Shown here: piece by piece, positions 1 to 13,599 of the stretch
Layout of the letters: each line of letters begins with the position of its first letter
How positions within the stretch are numbered: the first letter of the stretch is position 1
Origin: Squalus acanthias
Taxonomy: Eukaryota
Reading direction: 5' to 3'
DNA: 64,000 nt
NCBI GenBank assembly: GCA_030390025.1
Contig: CM059432.1
Span: 103,356,001-103,420,000, forward strand
Translations under genes and position numbers: made by a program
The notes under the pieces: model-generated
Databases searched by the model: none
What the model was told of the DNA's origin: nothing
What the model saw: the letters and a program-made list of their open reading frames with translations, nothing else

Positions 1-319
1 CCCTTTAAATAGCGCCCCCCCAGCCCCACAGCGATTGATAGCGTTCCAGTCTTCCAGTCGTTGGATGCGCCAGGCGGTAAGGCAGGGGGCGCCACTCAAT
101 TTCCGCTCCGGGGCGCCACAAGTGCGTTGCACCATGGAATGACGTCACAATCTGCGCGCGCAGGTGGTCGCAGCGGTAAAGTTTAGCGCCGCCGCACAAT
201 CTCTAGTTAAGTTCCCGAGCGGCGCAAACATCGCTGCGCCCGGGCGTTGGCGGCTTTGCGCCCCATTAGCGCCCTCTTAAGGCGCTAACGGGAGGCGCAA
301 CCAACTGAATTTTTACCCC
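1..319 (-). mobile_element. Right (transposase-promoter) end of a Harbinger family copy, truncated by the window edge
   Basis: Colinear with 44405-44724. Ends in TIR ACTGAATTTTTACCCC (304-319). Contains TGACGTCA at 140-147 and repeated TAGCGCC motifs. Confidence 0.9.
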
Positions 320-1351
320 AGAATGCCTTAGCCCCAACCTACACTTACTGCAAAACTTCGCCATTTCCCCACCACCCGTTGTGCCCTGCATGAGTGAGAT
401 TGCAAATTACTGCTGAATTATGCTGTGAAGGCAATCCTTACTAAAAGAACAGTTGAGATTGGATTACCCAATTCTCAGGGCTTACATTTGCCCCTGTGCA
501 ATGCTGATGAGGACAACTAACACGCCATCAAACAATAGTCTCTCTCCAAAAATCAATCTGCCTAAAAAAGCTTAAAAGGAGGGAGAGCATTTGGGGACAA
601 AAGACTAAGGGCGAGTCTTTTTATTATTAGGGTGGTTTCGGGTTGGATAAGTTTGGGAAATGGGACGATGAGGCATTATGCGTGATGTGTGATTTTCCAC
701 GTGAAGTCAGTGGCTTGAAGTTTCATCCATGAACTGAGGGCTCCATGCCCTGCTGTGGTGCCCCCAGACATGTTTCTTTATGCCACATTAAAGTTCCTTC
801 CTCATGACTTCCCAAATGGTGGCCCGCTCCTTCAAGCTGTTGCAGCCATTTAAATGCTGCAGCACTGCCCAAATTCGCACTTCCCCAATCCAGAGAGGTA
901 AGGTCCCAGTAGAGAACACATTATAGTACTAAGAGCCCACAAAATTCAGTGGGTTCAGAGTGGGGACATGCCAGCGGGCAGAAGTCCCACCCTGACACAC
1001 CTCCAGTTAAAGCCCTGCCATATTGGAAAAATAATCTTCTAGATGTACTGATGAATCAATGCTCAATCTAGACAGTGATTTTTGAAAAACACAAGAAACA
1101 AAAAAACAAAATGTATCACCTTTAACAACAATAAAAACAACAACTTGCATTTATATAGCACCTTTAACATAGTAAAATGTCCTAAGGTGCTTCACAGGGA
1201 CGTTATAAAACAAAATTTGACACCGAGCCACATAAGGAGATATTCGGGCAGATGGCCAAAAGCTTGGTCAAAGAGGTAGGTTTTAAGAAGCATCTTAAAG
1301 GAGGAAAGAGAGGTAGAGAGGCAGAGAGGTTTATGGAGGAAATTTCAGAGC

Positions 1352-2938
1352 TTAGGGCCTTAGCAGCTGAAGGCAAGGCCAACAATAGTGGATGCTCAAG
1401 AGGCCGGAATTGGAGGAGCGGAGATATATCGGAGGAATGTAGGGCTGGTGGAGGTTACAGAGATAGGGAGGGACGAGGCCATGGAGGGATTTGAAAACAA
1501 TGATGAGAATTTTAAAATCAAGGCATTGCTCAACCGGGAGCCAATGTAGGTCAGCAAGCAAAGGGGTGATGGGTGAATGGGATGTAGTGCGAGTTAGGAG
1601 ACAGGCAGCCGAGTTTTGGATGAGTTTAAGTTTATGGAGGGTGGAAGATGGAAGGCTGGCCAGGAGTGCGTTGGAAGAGTAAAGTCTAGAAGTAACAAAG
1701 GCATGGATGAGGGTTTCAGCAGCAGATGAGCTGATGCAGGGGTGGAGTTGGGCGATGTTACGGAGGTGGAAGTAGGCGGTCTTTGGCATGGCGCGGATAC
1801 ATGGTTGGAAGCTCATCTCGGGGTCAAATACGACACCAAGGTTGAGAACGGTCTGGTTCAGCCTCAGACCATGGCCAGGGAGAGGGATGGAGCCGATAGC
1901 TAGGGAACAGAGTTTGTGGCGGGGACCGAAGACAATGGCTTTGGCCTTCTCAATATTTAGTTGGAGGAAATTTCTGCTCATCCAGTACTGGATGTCAGAC
2001 AAGCAGTCTGACAATTTAGAGACAGTGGAGGGGTCGAGAGAGGTGGTGGTGAGATAGAGCTGGGTGTCATCAGCGTACATGTGGAACCTGACATTGTATT
2101 TTTGGATGATGTTGCCGTGGGGCAGCCTGTAGATGAGAAATAAGAGGAGGCCAAGAATAGATCCTTGGGCAACTCCAGAGTTAATGGTGCGGGAGCAGAA
2201 AGAGAAGCCATTCAAGTTGATTCTCCGGCTACGACTGGATAGATAAGAATGGAACCAGGTGAGGGCAGTCCCACCCAGCTGGACAACGGAGGAGAGGTGT
2301 TGGAGGAGGATGGTGTGGTCAACCATGCCAAAGGCTGCAGACAGCTTGAGAAGGATGAGGAGGGATAGTTTACCATGGTCACAGTCACATAGGATGTCAT
2401 TTGTGACTTTGATAAGAACCGTTTCGGTTCTGTGGCAGGGGCGGTAACCTGATTGGAGGGATTCAAACATGGAGTTCCGGGAAAGATGGGCGTGTATTTG
2501 GGAGGCGACAACACGTTCAAGGACTTTGGAGAGGAAAAGGAGGTTGGAGATGGGGCGGGAGTTTGCAAGGACAGAGGGGTCAATGGTTGTTTTTTTGAAG
2601 AAAGGGGTGATGACGGCAGATTTGAAGGGGAGGGGGACAGTACCTGAGGAGAGAGAACCATTAACAATATCAGCTAACATTGGGGCCAGAAAGGAAAGTT
2701 GAGTGGTCAGCAGTTTAGTGGGAATAGGGTCGAGGGAGCAGGAGGTGGATCTCATGGCCAAGATGAGACCCACCTCTATCAGAGAGGGCATGAGGGGAGA
2801 TAGGATAGAAACTAGAGAAAGATGCGAGTTCAGGGCTAGGGCAGTCGGGAACCTTGGATGAAGTTTGGCCCGGTGGGCTAAGCAAAGTGAGGGAAGCAGC
2901 AGAGGCAGCTGAACGGTTGGTCTCAATCTTAGTGACAA
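1352..2938 (-). pseudogene. L2 ORF2 reverse transcriptase fragment
   Basis: 528-aa ORF with YADD-type motif; upstream endonuclease part is frameshifted and interrupted. Confidence 0.85.
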
Positions 2939-3057
2939 AGAAATCTATGAGCTCCTCACACTTGCTATTGGAGGTGAGGGTGGAGGAGGCAGGGGAGAAG
3001 GGTTCAAGAAGACAGTTTGTAGTAGAGAAAAGAAGCTGGGGGTTATCTTTGCAGTTT

Positions 3058-3192
3058 AAGGTCAATAATCTTTCAGCGGAACCTGAAATGTTAACTCTGT
3101 TTCTCTCTCCACAGATGTTGCTCAACATGCTGAGTACTTCCAGAATTTTCTGTTTTTATTTCAGATTTCCAGCGTCCGCAGTATTTTGCTCC
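3058..3192 (+). mobile_element. Short Penelope-like 3' terminal fragment inserted in the L2
   Basis: ACCTGAAATGTTAACTCTGTTTCTCTCTCCACAGATG...TTTCAGATTTCCAGC is the reverse complement of 54212-54290. It interrupts L2 homology. The Penelope assignment is from recognition, not a search. Confidence 0.55.
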
Positions 3193-4110
3193 CGATAATG
3201 CTTTATGTGGTCCAGCCAGATCTGGCAATGAATGGCTAAACCACTTGTCCGCCATATACATTCAAGTCTGCGTCCCTCGGACTTAAGGGAGAGGAGATGA
3301 GCGCCATACCCAGGGGGAATGACCAAGATGAGAGAGAGAAATGGTTTTAATGGGGACTAGGGCATCAAAGGTGGAGGTGTGGGTGTGGTTGGGCAGATCA
3401 GTAGCTGCCAAAATGTTGTGGTGAATGGAAGGCCAAAGGCTAGACAGTTGGGATTTTGAAACTGCAGTTGTAAGTGAATTGGGGGAGAGTTTTTCCAGGG
3501 GCGGATACAGAAGGAAGTAATGTTAAGAGGGGGAAGGGGAATGTGGATGAAGAGTGATACAAGGAAGTGATCAGAGATGGCCTTATCTGTGATGGACATG
3601 ATGGGAGAAGCGAGGCAACTCTGACCAGGAACCAGACTGTCGCTGAAGCTGAAAAAACAGTCGGATCAGTATGCCAGTCACAGGCTCAGCAGGTAACAGC
3701 AGCAGTGGGGAATGGGCTGTAGGCTAGACAAAGTTACTTTAAAATGTAAGCAACTGAGCAGCAGATCAGCAACACAGCAAATGAGACTTACGGTGTCATC
3801 CAGTGTAGTCCAGTGCAGAAGCATAATCTTGATGTCCAGAGAAATCCAGGAATTTGGAAGCCAAATTTGAGAAAAGATCCAGTGCTCACAAACAAAGAGC
3901 AGGCATGGTTAGGGGATGGGCAGTGGGCACTTTAAACTAGCAGTTAACTTGTAGTTAGGGGTAAAATGCACCCACTATTAGAACCAGGGGAAGAGAGGGG
4001 AGAAAGGGCAAAGGATGGCCAAAGATAGAGGTGCACAGCAAGGCGTTCCCGAGGAAGTTGACCTCCCAGGAGCCATCTTCAATTAACCATAGCAGAATCT
4101 GTAATCAACT

Positions 4111-5054
4111 TTTTTTTAAATTAATTCCTGAGATGTGGGCGTCACTGGCAAGGCCAGCAGTTAGTGCCCATCCCTAATTTCCCTTGAGAAGGTGGTGGTG
4201 AGCCGCCTTCTTGAACCGCTGCAGTCCGTGTGGTGAAGGTACTCCCACAGTGCCGTTAGGGAGGGAGTTCCAGGATTTTGACCCAGCGACGATGAAGGAA
4301 CGGCGATATATTTCCAAGTCAGGATGGTGTGTTACTTGGAGGGGAAATTCAGGTGATGGTGTTCCCATGCCCTTGTCCTTCTAGGTGGTAGAGGTTGCAG
4401 GTTTGGAAGGTGCTGTTGAAGAAGCCTTGGCGAGTTGTTGCAGTGCATCTTGTAGATGGTACACACTGCAGCCACAGTGCGCCGGTGGTGGAGGGAGTGA
4501 ATGTTTAAGGTGGTGGATGGGGTGCCAATCAAGCGGACTGCTTTGTCCTGGATGGTGTCGAGCTTCTTGAGTGTTGTTGGAGCTGCACTGATCCAGGCAA
4601 GTGGAGAGTATTCCATCATAATCCTGACTTGTGCCTTGTAGATGGTAGAAAGGCTTTGGGGAGTCAGGAGGTGAGACACTCGCCGCAGAATACCCAGTCT
4701 CTGACCTGCTCTTGTGACCACATTATTTATGTGACTGATCCAGTTACGTTTCTGGTCAATGGGGACCCCCAAGATGTTGATTATGGGGGATTCGGCGATG
4801 GTAATGCCATTGAATGTCAAGGGGCGGTGGTTAGACTCTTGCTTGTTAGAGATAGTCATTGCCTGGCACTTGTGTGGCGCGGATGTTACTTGCCCAAGCC
4901 TGAATGTTGTCCAGGTTTTGCTGCATGCAGGCATAGCTTGTTTAATTATCTGAGGAGTTGCGAATGGAAATGAATCATCAGTGAACATCCCCACTTCTAA
5001 CCTTACGATGGAGGGAAGGTCATTGATGAAGCAGCTGAAGATGGCTGGGCCTAG
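4111..5054 (-). mobile_element. CR1-group LINE (second lineage), 5'-truncated 3' fragment
   Basis: ORF 4332-5201 RT C-terminus (FINDLPSIV..GMFTDD, TIYKAQVR, MEYSPLAW). Same family as 50241-52772 and 59480-60640. Confidence 0.85.
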
Positions 5055-5980
5055 TTCTGTTTGTATTGTACTTGAGATCAGTCTGCCTGTCTTCAGCTGC
5101 CAGTACAACAATGCAGTCATCATTTGAATAAGAGTGTATCTATATTGTAGATCAAAAAAATATTTAGTTGAGACAAGATTAAAAACATAAATAATATACA
5201 ATACATTGCCTCCTTCATTGTTACTGTAATGTTTCAGACTGACATCATGTTTGTGTTGAATAAATTATGAATGAGGCTGGATGGATAATTCAATGCAACA
5301 TACATCATCAACTTTTTGTGTAGTATAACTTAACGGGAAACCAAAAAATGCAACCATTATGCTCATGTATTAAGTCTATGACAGTTTGCTTGTTGTCAAT
5401 AGGTGACAAGCTGATAAACTCATTTTTAAACAGAAATATTCAACTTTATTATGAAGTGACAACAACAATGCACATTATATTTTCTATGTTGTTATTTGGT
5501 TAACTTGTCCTGCATTATATGCCTTTTCTGAAGCTTTTATGGTTCCAGTAAAATTACTTTTCCGCCCAAGATGCCCCCACAAAGTACAGATTTGCTGAAT
5601 TATTTTGAAGATTCTGTTATTCACAAACTCAGGCTTTGCAGAATTGGACCCCAATCGCAGATATTTCATTGACTACTGATTCTAACATTTATTTGGAGCC
5701 ATGACACAATAAATATTTTTTTCATGTACTCTTCACTTTTCACAATTTTACTGATGTGGAAATTGGCACTTAGTGGGGAATCAAATGACAGTGACAGTCA
5801 GGTGCTATTAATGCTCTAAGAATGCTATAAATCCCACCTTGCATTAACAGTGAGATCCTTCCTGTCGGCAAAGCTCTGTCCTGTTACATTCAAAGAAAAC
5901 TGTCAGCTAAAAGAAAAAGACAACCCTCAAAGCTGAAAATGGTCGCGGCGGTAGAAGAGAAAAATTTGCACTGGGGACTA

Positions 5981-6128
5981 AAGAACTTAAGAAATAGGAG
6001 CAGGAGTAGGCCAAATGGCCCCTCGAGCCTGCTCCGCCATTCAATAAGATCATGGCTGTTCTTCAACCTCAACTCCAATTTCCCACCCAATCCCCATTAC
6101 CCCTTGATTCCCCTAGAGTCCAAAAATC
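5981..6128 (-). mobile_element. CR1 3' tail fragment
   Basis: AAGAAATAGGAGCAGGAGTAGGCC..CTCGAGCCTGCTCCGCCATTCAAT is the reverse complement of the CR1 3' hairpin at 21262-21335. Confidence 0.8.
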
Positions 6129-7133
6129 CTGTTTGAGGCCACTTTTGCAAAATTGGGCTGCCCTAAATGCAGCCGGTGGCGGGCCGGTTGCATTCAGGAA
6201 ATCAGCAGAGAAGCAGCCACCAAAAAGTAAGTTTGTTAAAAAGTACTTATATTTGAATATGGACCCGGGAGCAGCAGGAGTGCTCCTCCCAGGTCCACTG
6301 CATTGCCAGCCACCGCTTGGCTTCTTCCCGATCGCTTCCTCCCCCTCCTGATCTCTTTTTCCCCTCTCCCAATCGCCCCCTCCCTCCTGATTGCTTTCCC
6401 CCCTCCCCCAGTTGCCCCCACCCTTTCAATCACTTCCCACCGCTGGATCGCTCTCCCTCCTCTACCAGGACCTACCTGAAGACCACTGCCGGCAATGAAG
6501 CAAGGCGAGACTGAAAGCCTCTTTGCCGGCGAGCTGCGGGCACCCAGCAGGCATCTGCAGCTCACTAGTCTGATGCAAATGAGGCCAGAGGCCCAATATC
6601 AGGTGTGCCTCAGGCCTACCCATTCCAGCGCAGGCACTGTTCACTGCACCCAGTTCACACCAGCAGGCAAACCAATTTCGAGGTCATTGTGTTTTACATT
6701 GTATAGGGCGGGAATTTCCGTAGTGCTGCTCCCACTCCGCTGCCACACTTCTGATATTCCTGTCCTTTGACTGAACATGAGCAGATTTGATAACTTTTAT
6801 ATATATTTAGTATGTATCAAAGATATGAAAAGTTAAAAATTCAGATGCAATTATTTATGTACTGAATATTTTAATTAATTAAATAATTGGTATAATATTG
6901 AGATGCTTGAAACTTAGAAAGGCATTAAAGAAGTAACATTAAATTTACATATAACTTTATATAACTTTACAATAAAAATATTGAATTATATCTAATATTC
7001 ACTTAGGTAGTGTTTACTGGTAGTATGGATTTTAGTTTAAGAAGGTATGTTTTCTTTAAGCCAACTAAACCATTCTCCAAGATGTGGGTTTCTTTTTTTG
7101 AGTTGTCCTGCACTGACAAGAAAGAAAGATAAT

Positions 7134-7898
7134 GGCCTAGAAATTCGCGTGGCCGGCTTGCCGCGGGGGTAAGGATCGCGCGCGCTCTTACCCACCGCGC
7201 CTGCCGTTGTGTTTTGGGCCCACAGGAACTTCGGGTCCCGGGCCTCTCCCAAGAGCTGGCGCACAGTGCTTGCATGTTCCAGTGGCGCAGTTAGTGCGAT
7301 GCGACCCCTGGGATCACGTGGGCCATGGAGAGCCAATGGCAGCAGACCATCTTTCATTCATAGATTTGACAGGAGACCTGTCAAATCTGTGAATTGAAAT
7401 CGGCCCCAAAAGAACAGCTAAACCTCAAATAATTTTTTTTTAAAAACCATCACATTTATAAAATAACTATAGTTAAATAAATTAACCACTTTAAACAAAA
7501 ATTTAAATTTTTGAAAATATTAAAATACTTTTTAAAAGTCATAAAAATAAACTTACCTTTCTTTAAAGTATCTAAAAAAGATAAAGCTGTTGAAAAAAAT
7601 TTAAAATTATACTTAATTAACTACTTACCTTGTTCAAAAGGGGTCTTACGCCTCCTTTTTACTAGCGTAGAATCTTCAATACTTACCCTCGCGTTGAAAC
7701 CGGAAAAAAAATCTAAGAGTGCTGCGTGCGCACAGCCTCTAGCGCGCACGCAGTTCACCTAGGAACCGCCCCCTTCATCATACCGGAAGTGCCGGCTTCC
7801 CGAGCATGCGCAGTGCATGCAGGAAACCGGCACTTCGGGACGCATTACGGGTGAGTAAGCACTGAGTACTCACCCGAGAACGGCCGAATTTTTGGGCC
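7134..7898. mobile_element. Non-autonomous Harbinger-type MITE with GC-rich arms and an AT-rich core
   Basis: TIR GGCCTAGAAATTCG / CGAATTTTTGGGCC, flanked by AT on both sides. Internal palindromes, e.g. 7784-7838. Confidence 0.75.
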
Positions 7899-8206
7899 AT
7901 TGTTTCTGGATTAAATCACTTGCACAAGTGATGTGTAGGTGCTTTTTGAGTGTATGAGAATAATTTATGCTGAGTATTATTCTGATGTGTTTGATAGTTT
8001 TTATGCAATTGCATTTTCGTTAATGAGTGTTTTTCATAGCCTATAATGGTGGTCCTTGTTTCAATAGAATATGTAGACTCTGACTGAGAATAATACTATT
8101 GCTGAACTGATGGAATATGGTGCATGTTAGGTCTGGGTGATCACAGTACAGTTCTCTTTCATGTTACTGCTCTTCTTTTCTCACCTCCGATGCAGCTAAG
8201 ATTCTA

Positions 8207-9083
8207 GGGGGAGAAATTCGGTATCGCCCCGTTTGGGGGCGCAATTATCGTCCAGGGCGCAAAGTTTAGCGCCTGCCGCTAATTATCGCTTCCGACTGCA
8301 AACTTGGCTTCTATCGCCCCTGGAGGTGATTGGAGCGCTAAATCAGGCGCTACACACCTCTCTTAAGGCGCTAACGCTGAGGAGCGAGGTGCTAACTCAG
8401 AGCGCTGGCAAAGCTCAGGTGATGTCAGTCAGCAATGGAACACAGACACACTGGCACTGGCCAGTTCTTAAAGGGGAGGGTCGATCTTGCTCTCCATCCA
8501 CACCCTGCTCATTGCAGCCTTGAATCTCGGCCTGGGGAGACCTGTACATCAAATCTGCTGGAAAGAACAATGGAGAGGCCCAGGGAAAGAGCTCAGAGTG
8601 CAGCCCCCAGAGTCTCTTCTAAATCGATGCAAAGGAGGTCAAATCAAAATGAACCTGCAAAGTGCTGCTCAGTACCCAAAACTCCTTCACACAGCATTGA
8701 ATCTCTCCAGAAGCCTCTCTCTCTCTCTCAGAATGTGTGGTGCAAAAATGTCGGCGACAAAAAAAGGCAGGAAGCGGTCGCCTTTAAATAGCGCTCCCCC
8801 AGTCCCTTCCCGACTGCAAAACGTTCCCCTCAACCTGTCGTTGCTAGCGGCAGGCGGTAAGACAGGGGGCGCCACTCAATAACCGGTCCGGGGCATTACC
8901 GGGGCGTTGCACGCTCGACTGATGTCACGATCTGCGGGCGCAGGGGATCGTGGCGGTAGTGTTTAGCGCCGCCGCAAAATGTTGTCAATTTCACGAGCGG
9001 CGCAAACATTGCCGCGCCCAGGTGCTAGTTGCTTTGCCCTCTTAGGGCGCTAATGGGGCGCAAAGCAACTGAATTTTTCCCCC
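8207..9083 (+). mobile_element. Non-autonomous internal-deletion derivative of the 40507-44724 Harbinger family
   Basis: TIRs GGGGGAGAAATTCGGT / ACTGAATTTTTCCCCC. The left arm runs to the Myb start (MERPRERAQ, 8570) and is fused to the transposase upstream region. Confidence 0.9.
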
Positions 9084-10019
9084 TAGGATTTGTAATAGTT
9101 GACGCTAGTCCTGATTTTAACTCCAAGTGAATTCCCCGCTGAGGCATGAGTTAAAATTACAATCAGGTCTCAATGATGTCATTGGGCCACAATAAGCATA
9201 TGTAAAGAAGGATCCTGTTGGCTCCAGGCATGTGTCCTTGCTGCCCGCTCAGGAGAGCAGTTTAAAATTGTAGGTGTTGTGATCATGGCAGCTTTCAGTA
9301 AGGTAAGAACCAGGGTGATTTTATCTGATTACCCACCAGGTTTCTGCTGAGCGAGTTTTAGGAATGTATTTATGTTGGTAATTTTCTTTAAGATTGTGGA
9401 TATTTATAATTTGATTCGATAAAATGTTATTTTTCTCTAGTTTGTGTGAAAGGAGCTCCTTTGCCTTTGGTTAGTTCTTTGCCTTCTTGTACAGTGGCTT
9501 CTTTGAGCATTACTTTTACTTTCTCAATTATATTAATTCACATAGAGGACACTTGAAATCATTGTTCATCTGGACTTGGTGATTTGAAAGGAAGTATGAT
9601 CCAACAGTGAAAGGATGTATGATGCATTAGGATATGATGTAGCTTTTATGGACTTAGTACATCTCAACAGGGTCTCTCTCATAGTTGAATGATGTGGTAT
9701 AACCTTTGGTTTAAAGTGTCCTGTTTCTCTTGGGTTCATTCCCTGGTGTTCTGTCAGACATGCAAGTACTCAGTAATGTCTTTGCTTTCTGCTGGATGCC
9801 TCTCCATGTAATTTTCTGTTGTATCTTGTATTCTGAAGAAGAGACAATTAATGAGCCAGAACATGGTTGTTATAGACTGTGGTGAATATGATCCCAATTG
9901 TTTTAAGCCATAAAGTCAATATGAATAATAAAATCTGTCATTTCTGCTGATGTTTTAATTTAACAGATAATTCAAAATTAGAGACTTCAAATTAACATGA
10001 GCAGCCTGTGCAAAAGGTT

Positions 10020-10335
10020 ATGGCAGCCTACTGGTTATGGTCCTGGAATAGGAAATCCTACCATAGCAATGTGGGGAATTGAATTCAGTAAATTTGGTGA
10101 TGTGTGGGCTAGCACCAGATAAAATAATCATGAATGCTCACAGATTGTCATAAAAATCCATCTGTGTCACTAATGTCCTTCAGGGAAAAGAGCCTGCCAC
10201 ACCTGCCTAGTTTGGCTTACATGTGGCTCCAGTCCCAAACTATAGGGTTGACTCTTAATGCCCTCAGGGCAACTATGGATGGGCAATAACTGCTGGCCTT
10301 GCCAGTGACAGCCACATCCTTTGAATTAATTTTTT
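10020..10335 (+). mobile_element. SINE-like element sharing the 3' tail of the second CR1-group LINE
   Basis: Tail GGGCAACTATGGATGGGCAATAACTGCTGGCCTTGCCAGTGAC matches the LINE 3' end at 60583-60635. Confidence 0.5.
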
Positions 10336-10402
10336 TAAATACCACAGAGATGTGGGCTCATATATACTTTCATTTGTTTTAACTGATAGGACACATTGCT
10401 TC

Positions 10403-11789
10403 AACATTGAAATTGGAATAACACCTCAAACCAGTGCAAAGTGGGCGTTGAGATTGAAACACACACCCGAAGATATTGGCCCGAGGATTGCTGGAAATTG
10501 GCCCTTATCTGCATAAACCCGGTGAGTTGCAGACACCAATTCAGCCAGCTCCGATGGCAAGCAGGTCCAGGGAGGCGGGGGGGGGGGGGGGGTAGGTGAA
10601 CCAGAGGGTTGTGGGCCCAGGTCTGCGGTGACCTGTAGTATTTTCGTGCAGCCAGGAGGAGTACTCCACTAAAGTTTTTAAAAGTTCCTTACCTTTTGTA
10701 GCCGACCGACAGCAGTCATTTTAAGGACCGCTGGTTAGGCCGCTGTAGACCTGGAAAACTGAACGGACTCAAATTTCGAGCAGGGTCCTAAAGCAGGCAT
10801 TAGGACCCCGATTTGCATATTCAAGGTACCAGGGGGGAAAAATTGGGTATCGCCCATTTTGGGGCGCTAATATCGGCCGGGCGCAAAGTTTAGCGCCCAG
10901 CACTAATTATCACCTCCCACTGCAAAATTCGCCTCTATCGCCCCTGGAGGTGATTTGAGCGCTAAATCAGGCGCTACACACCTCTCTTAACGTCGGGGAG
11001 CGAGGAGCTACCTCAGAACGCTACCGAAGCTCAGGCGATGTCAGTTACCATGGAAGACAGACAGACTGGCGCCGTCCAGTTCTTAAAGGGGAGGGGCCAT
11101 CTTGCTGGCCAGCCACACTCTGCTTATTGCAGCCTTGAATCTCGGCCTGGAGAGACCTCAAAAGCAATTGTGCTGGAAGCACTAATGGATAGGCCCAGGG
11201 AAAGAGCTCGGTGATTAGGAACCTCAAAAGTGGTGCTGAGGGCCAAAACTCCTTAGGACAGCATTAAATCTCTCCAGACGTCTCTCTCCCTCTCAACCTG
11301 CGTGTACCAAAAAATTTGCCAACAAGAAAAGGCAGGAAGCGCCCACCTTTAAATAGCGCTCCCCCAGCCCCTTCCCAACTTGAAAACGTTCCCCTCTACC
11401 TGTCGTTCCTAGCGGCAGGAGCTAAGGCAGGGGGTGCAACTCAATATCCGATCCGGGGCGCTACTGGGGTGTTGCACGCTCAACTGATGTCACAATCTGC
11501 GGGCGCAGGAGATCATGAAGGTAGTGTTTAGCACCGCCGCAAACCGACTGGTCAATTTCGCGAGGGGCGCTAAAATCGACGCGCTTGACACTAACTTCCT
11601 AGTGCGCCCCGGAGGCGCTAACGGGAGGCGCTCACCAACCGAATTTTTCCCCCTAAGACCTACTTCTGGCAGACAACCTGATCAATTTGGCAGCTGGGAC
11701 ACTTCTGGGGAGATCGCGGCCCTAAATTTGTGCCCCTCAACACTTTTTTTTCAACATAAAACGGGCGCAATGAGGCCCAATTTATCCCC
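10403..11789. mobile_element. Older MITE-like element interrupted by the Harbinger derivative at 10833-11653
   Basis: GC-rich arms. Right end CCAATTTATCCCC resembles the other TIRs. Similar in reverse to 6135-6685 (ATGCAAAT, GGAGTACTCC motifs). Left boundary uncertain. Confidence 0.4.
10833..11653 (+). mobile_element. Non-autonomous derivative of the 40507-44724 Harbinger family
   Basis: TIRs GGGGGAAAAATTGGGT / ACCGAATTTTTCCCCC. Colinear with 8207-9083. Confidence 0.9.
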
Positions 11790-13599
11790 TTTGTTTAGTA
11801 TTATGCTGGTATTTTTTCTTATTTCTTTGGCCAGTTGCAGATTTCTTTGTAGGATATCTTCCAGGACTGAGGAGACTTTTTTTTCTTTCTGTCTCAGTGA
11901 GTTTTGTTAGGTGCGGCCTACAGAAAATTATCACCTTCATCAATGTTTGAAACAAATTTTGTGATTTTAAAGAGGTCTGTGGTTGGCTGGTTATGGTAAT
12001 ATTTTCTAATTCTCAGCGTCTTCAGGTTTAATTTTTGATAGTTAATGTGGTTCTCATAGATGAGTTGAAGATAAGCCATTCCACATCCATGCTTAAGATT
12101 TAAGGTTTATAACAATATAATTTAGCACATATGTGTCTCTTTGTGAGGGAGGTTTTACTTTGCCTGGAGGCTGTAATGTGAGTGAGGGGAGTGTGTTTGA
12201 GCATTTACCAATAGAAACAGCATGCTATTTTTCCCCAAAATCTGTCCTCACACTGGAACCACAAGGATAAATGCAAAGGGACCACCAAAAGGAGCATGAA
12301 GAGGGTGCATTGCAGAACCCAATCCCATCTCCGAGAGTTATCCTGCAAGCTCGCAGTCAGGACACCTTTTCTTAACTTGTAAATGTGCCCACTGCATTAA
12401 CAATCCTGTCTACATCTTCCCACACCATCCACAAACACGCCTTCATCTGTGTTTCCTAATTGATCAGGCAACTCACAATGATCACCTTCCTGTCACCCAA
12501 TGAAACGCGCATGCAAACTTTGCAAGAACACTGTCTGCATACAGCTTCAGTGCTACCAGCTTTTTTGTTTACTACCATGTCATGTATGAGTGCCCAGTAT
12601 TTGCTTCCACAGTTGGTGCACTTGCTTTTAACCCTCGCCTTGCGTTTCATAGAGGTGCCACCTCCATGGCAGGAGTCAGTGAGATGCTTGGCTGCTCTAT
12701 GTGCATAGGTGTCTTAGGGGATTGAGATGACTCCTGCATTGCTGCAGCTGAGACCTAAGGTGGACCTTCTGCAGACTGTAACACTTCCACTGCTGCGTGG
12801 GCAGCCTGGGCCTGCATTCTTTGTGACACTTGCGCAACATCATAGGGAGATGGCAGGAAGGCACAGATATGTTGTTATTCTGAGAGACGGCACTGACATC
12901 CATGCCCATTCCAGCCATACCCTTGGCACTGGGCATTGCCTCACTGTGGCCATTGATTGACATGACAGCAGACCTAATGGCACTAATAAAATCAGTGAAG
13001 CCCTGTCTTGGGAGTCTCCTTAACTGATCCTCAAAGCCTGTCAAAGCCAGAAAAGATAGCCCTTGCCACCCTGGAAGTGTAGGCCACTGGTAACACTCTG
13101 AGTAAATGCAGAAGTACCATCTGTCCTTAGAGGCACTGGGGGTTTGGCTGCAGATGTCTCTGGAGTTTCCATATACTCCCCAGTAGACTGTACTGTTGAG
13201 ATACCATTGTGCAAGTCATGTGACATGTAGACTACTCCACCTGAGTTGGCACACTCTGCAATGCCTGCACCAATGCTGGATGCTCAGTAAGCTTCCTTCT
13301 TTTATAAACAGGTGCCATGGCAGGACATCAACTGGCCCTCACTGTTTTTGCCAGCCAATAAACTCCTTTTTAGCTCACTCTTTAAATCTCATGAGATATA
13401 TGTATCTGAGCTGGTGCTTGAGAGAGAGAGAGAGAGAATCAGTCATGGTATATGCTGTGAAGTACTGTCATGGCCAGATGTTCCGGGACCTGCCTCATCT
13501 TTCTGTAACATATCTAGAGAAAAAGAATAGGTAGACAGGTTGCAATAATGTCCTGGTAAGAAGCCTTCTCATATAGCTTTCAGTAGAAAGAAAGAAAAA

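Larger units (their letters stand above)
1123..4080 (-). mobile_element. L2-clade LINE, degenerate and internally deleted, with a (TTG)n 3' tail
   Basis: ORF 1352-2938 has RT motifs ([28 protein letters not shown]). Endonuclease C-terminal motif ISDHFLV lies in ORF 3357-3599. The 3' end matches the L2 copies at 46115-46225 and 62123-62400. The 5' boundary is approximate. Confidence 0.85.

Noticed and set aside
5484..5900. Short ORF and unique sequence that could be an exon or conserved non-coding element
   Set aside because: No splice signals or motifs I can support; needs a cross-species alignment.
7900..12200. Scattered T-rich segments that may be an ancient minus-strand LINE (ANHRPL-like at ~11960)
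   Set aside because: Too degenerate to support.
12200..13540. Possible very old Harbinger Myb/transposase relic (ORFs 12697-13226)
   Set aside because: Only compositional resemblance; no diagnostic motif or termini found.
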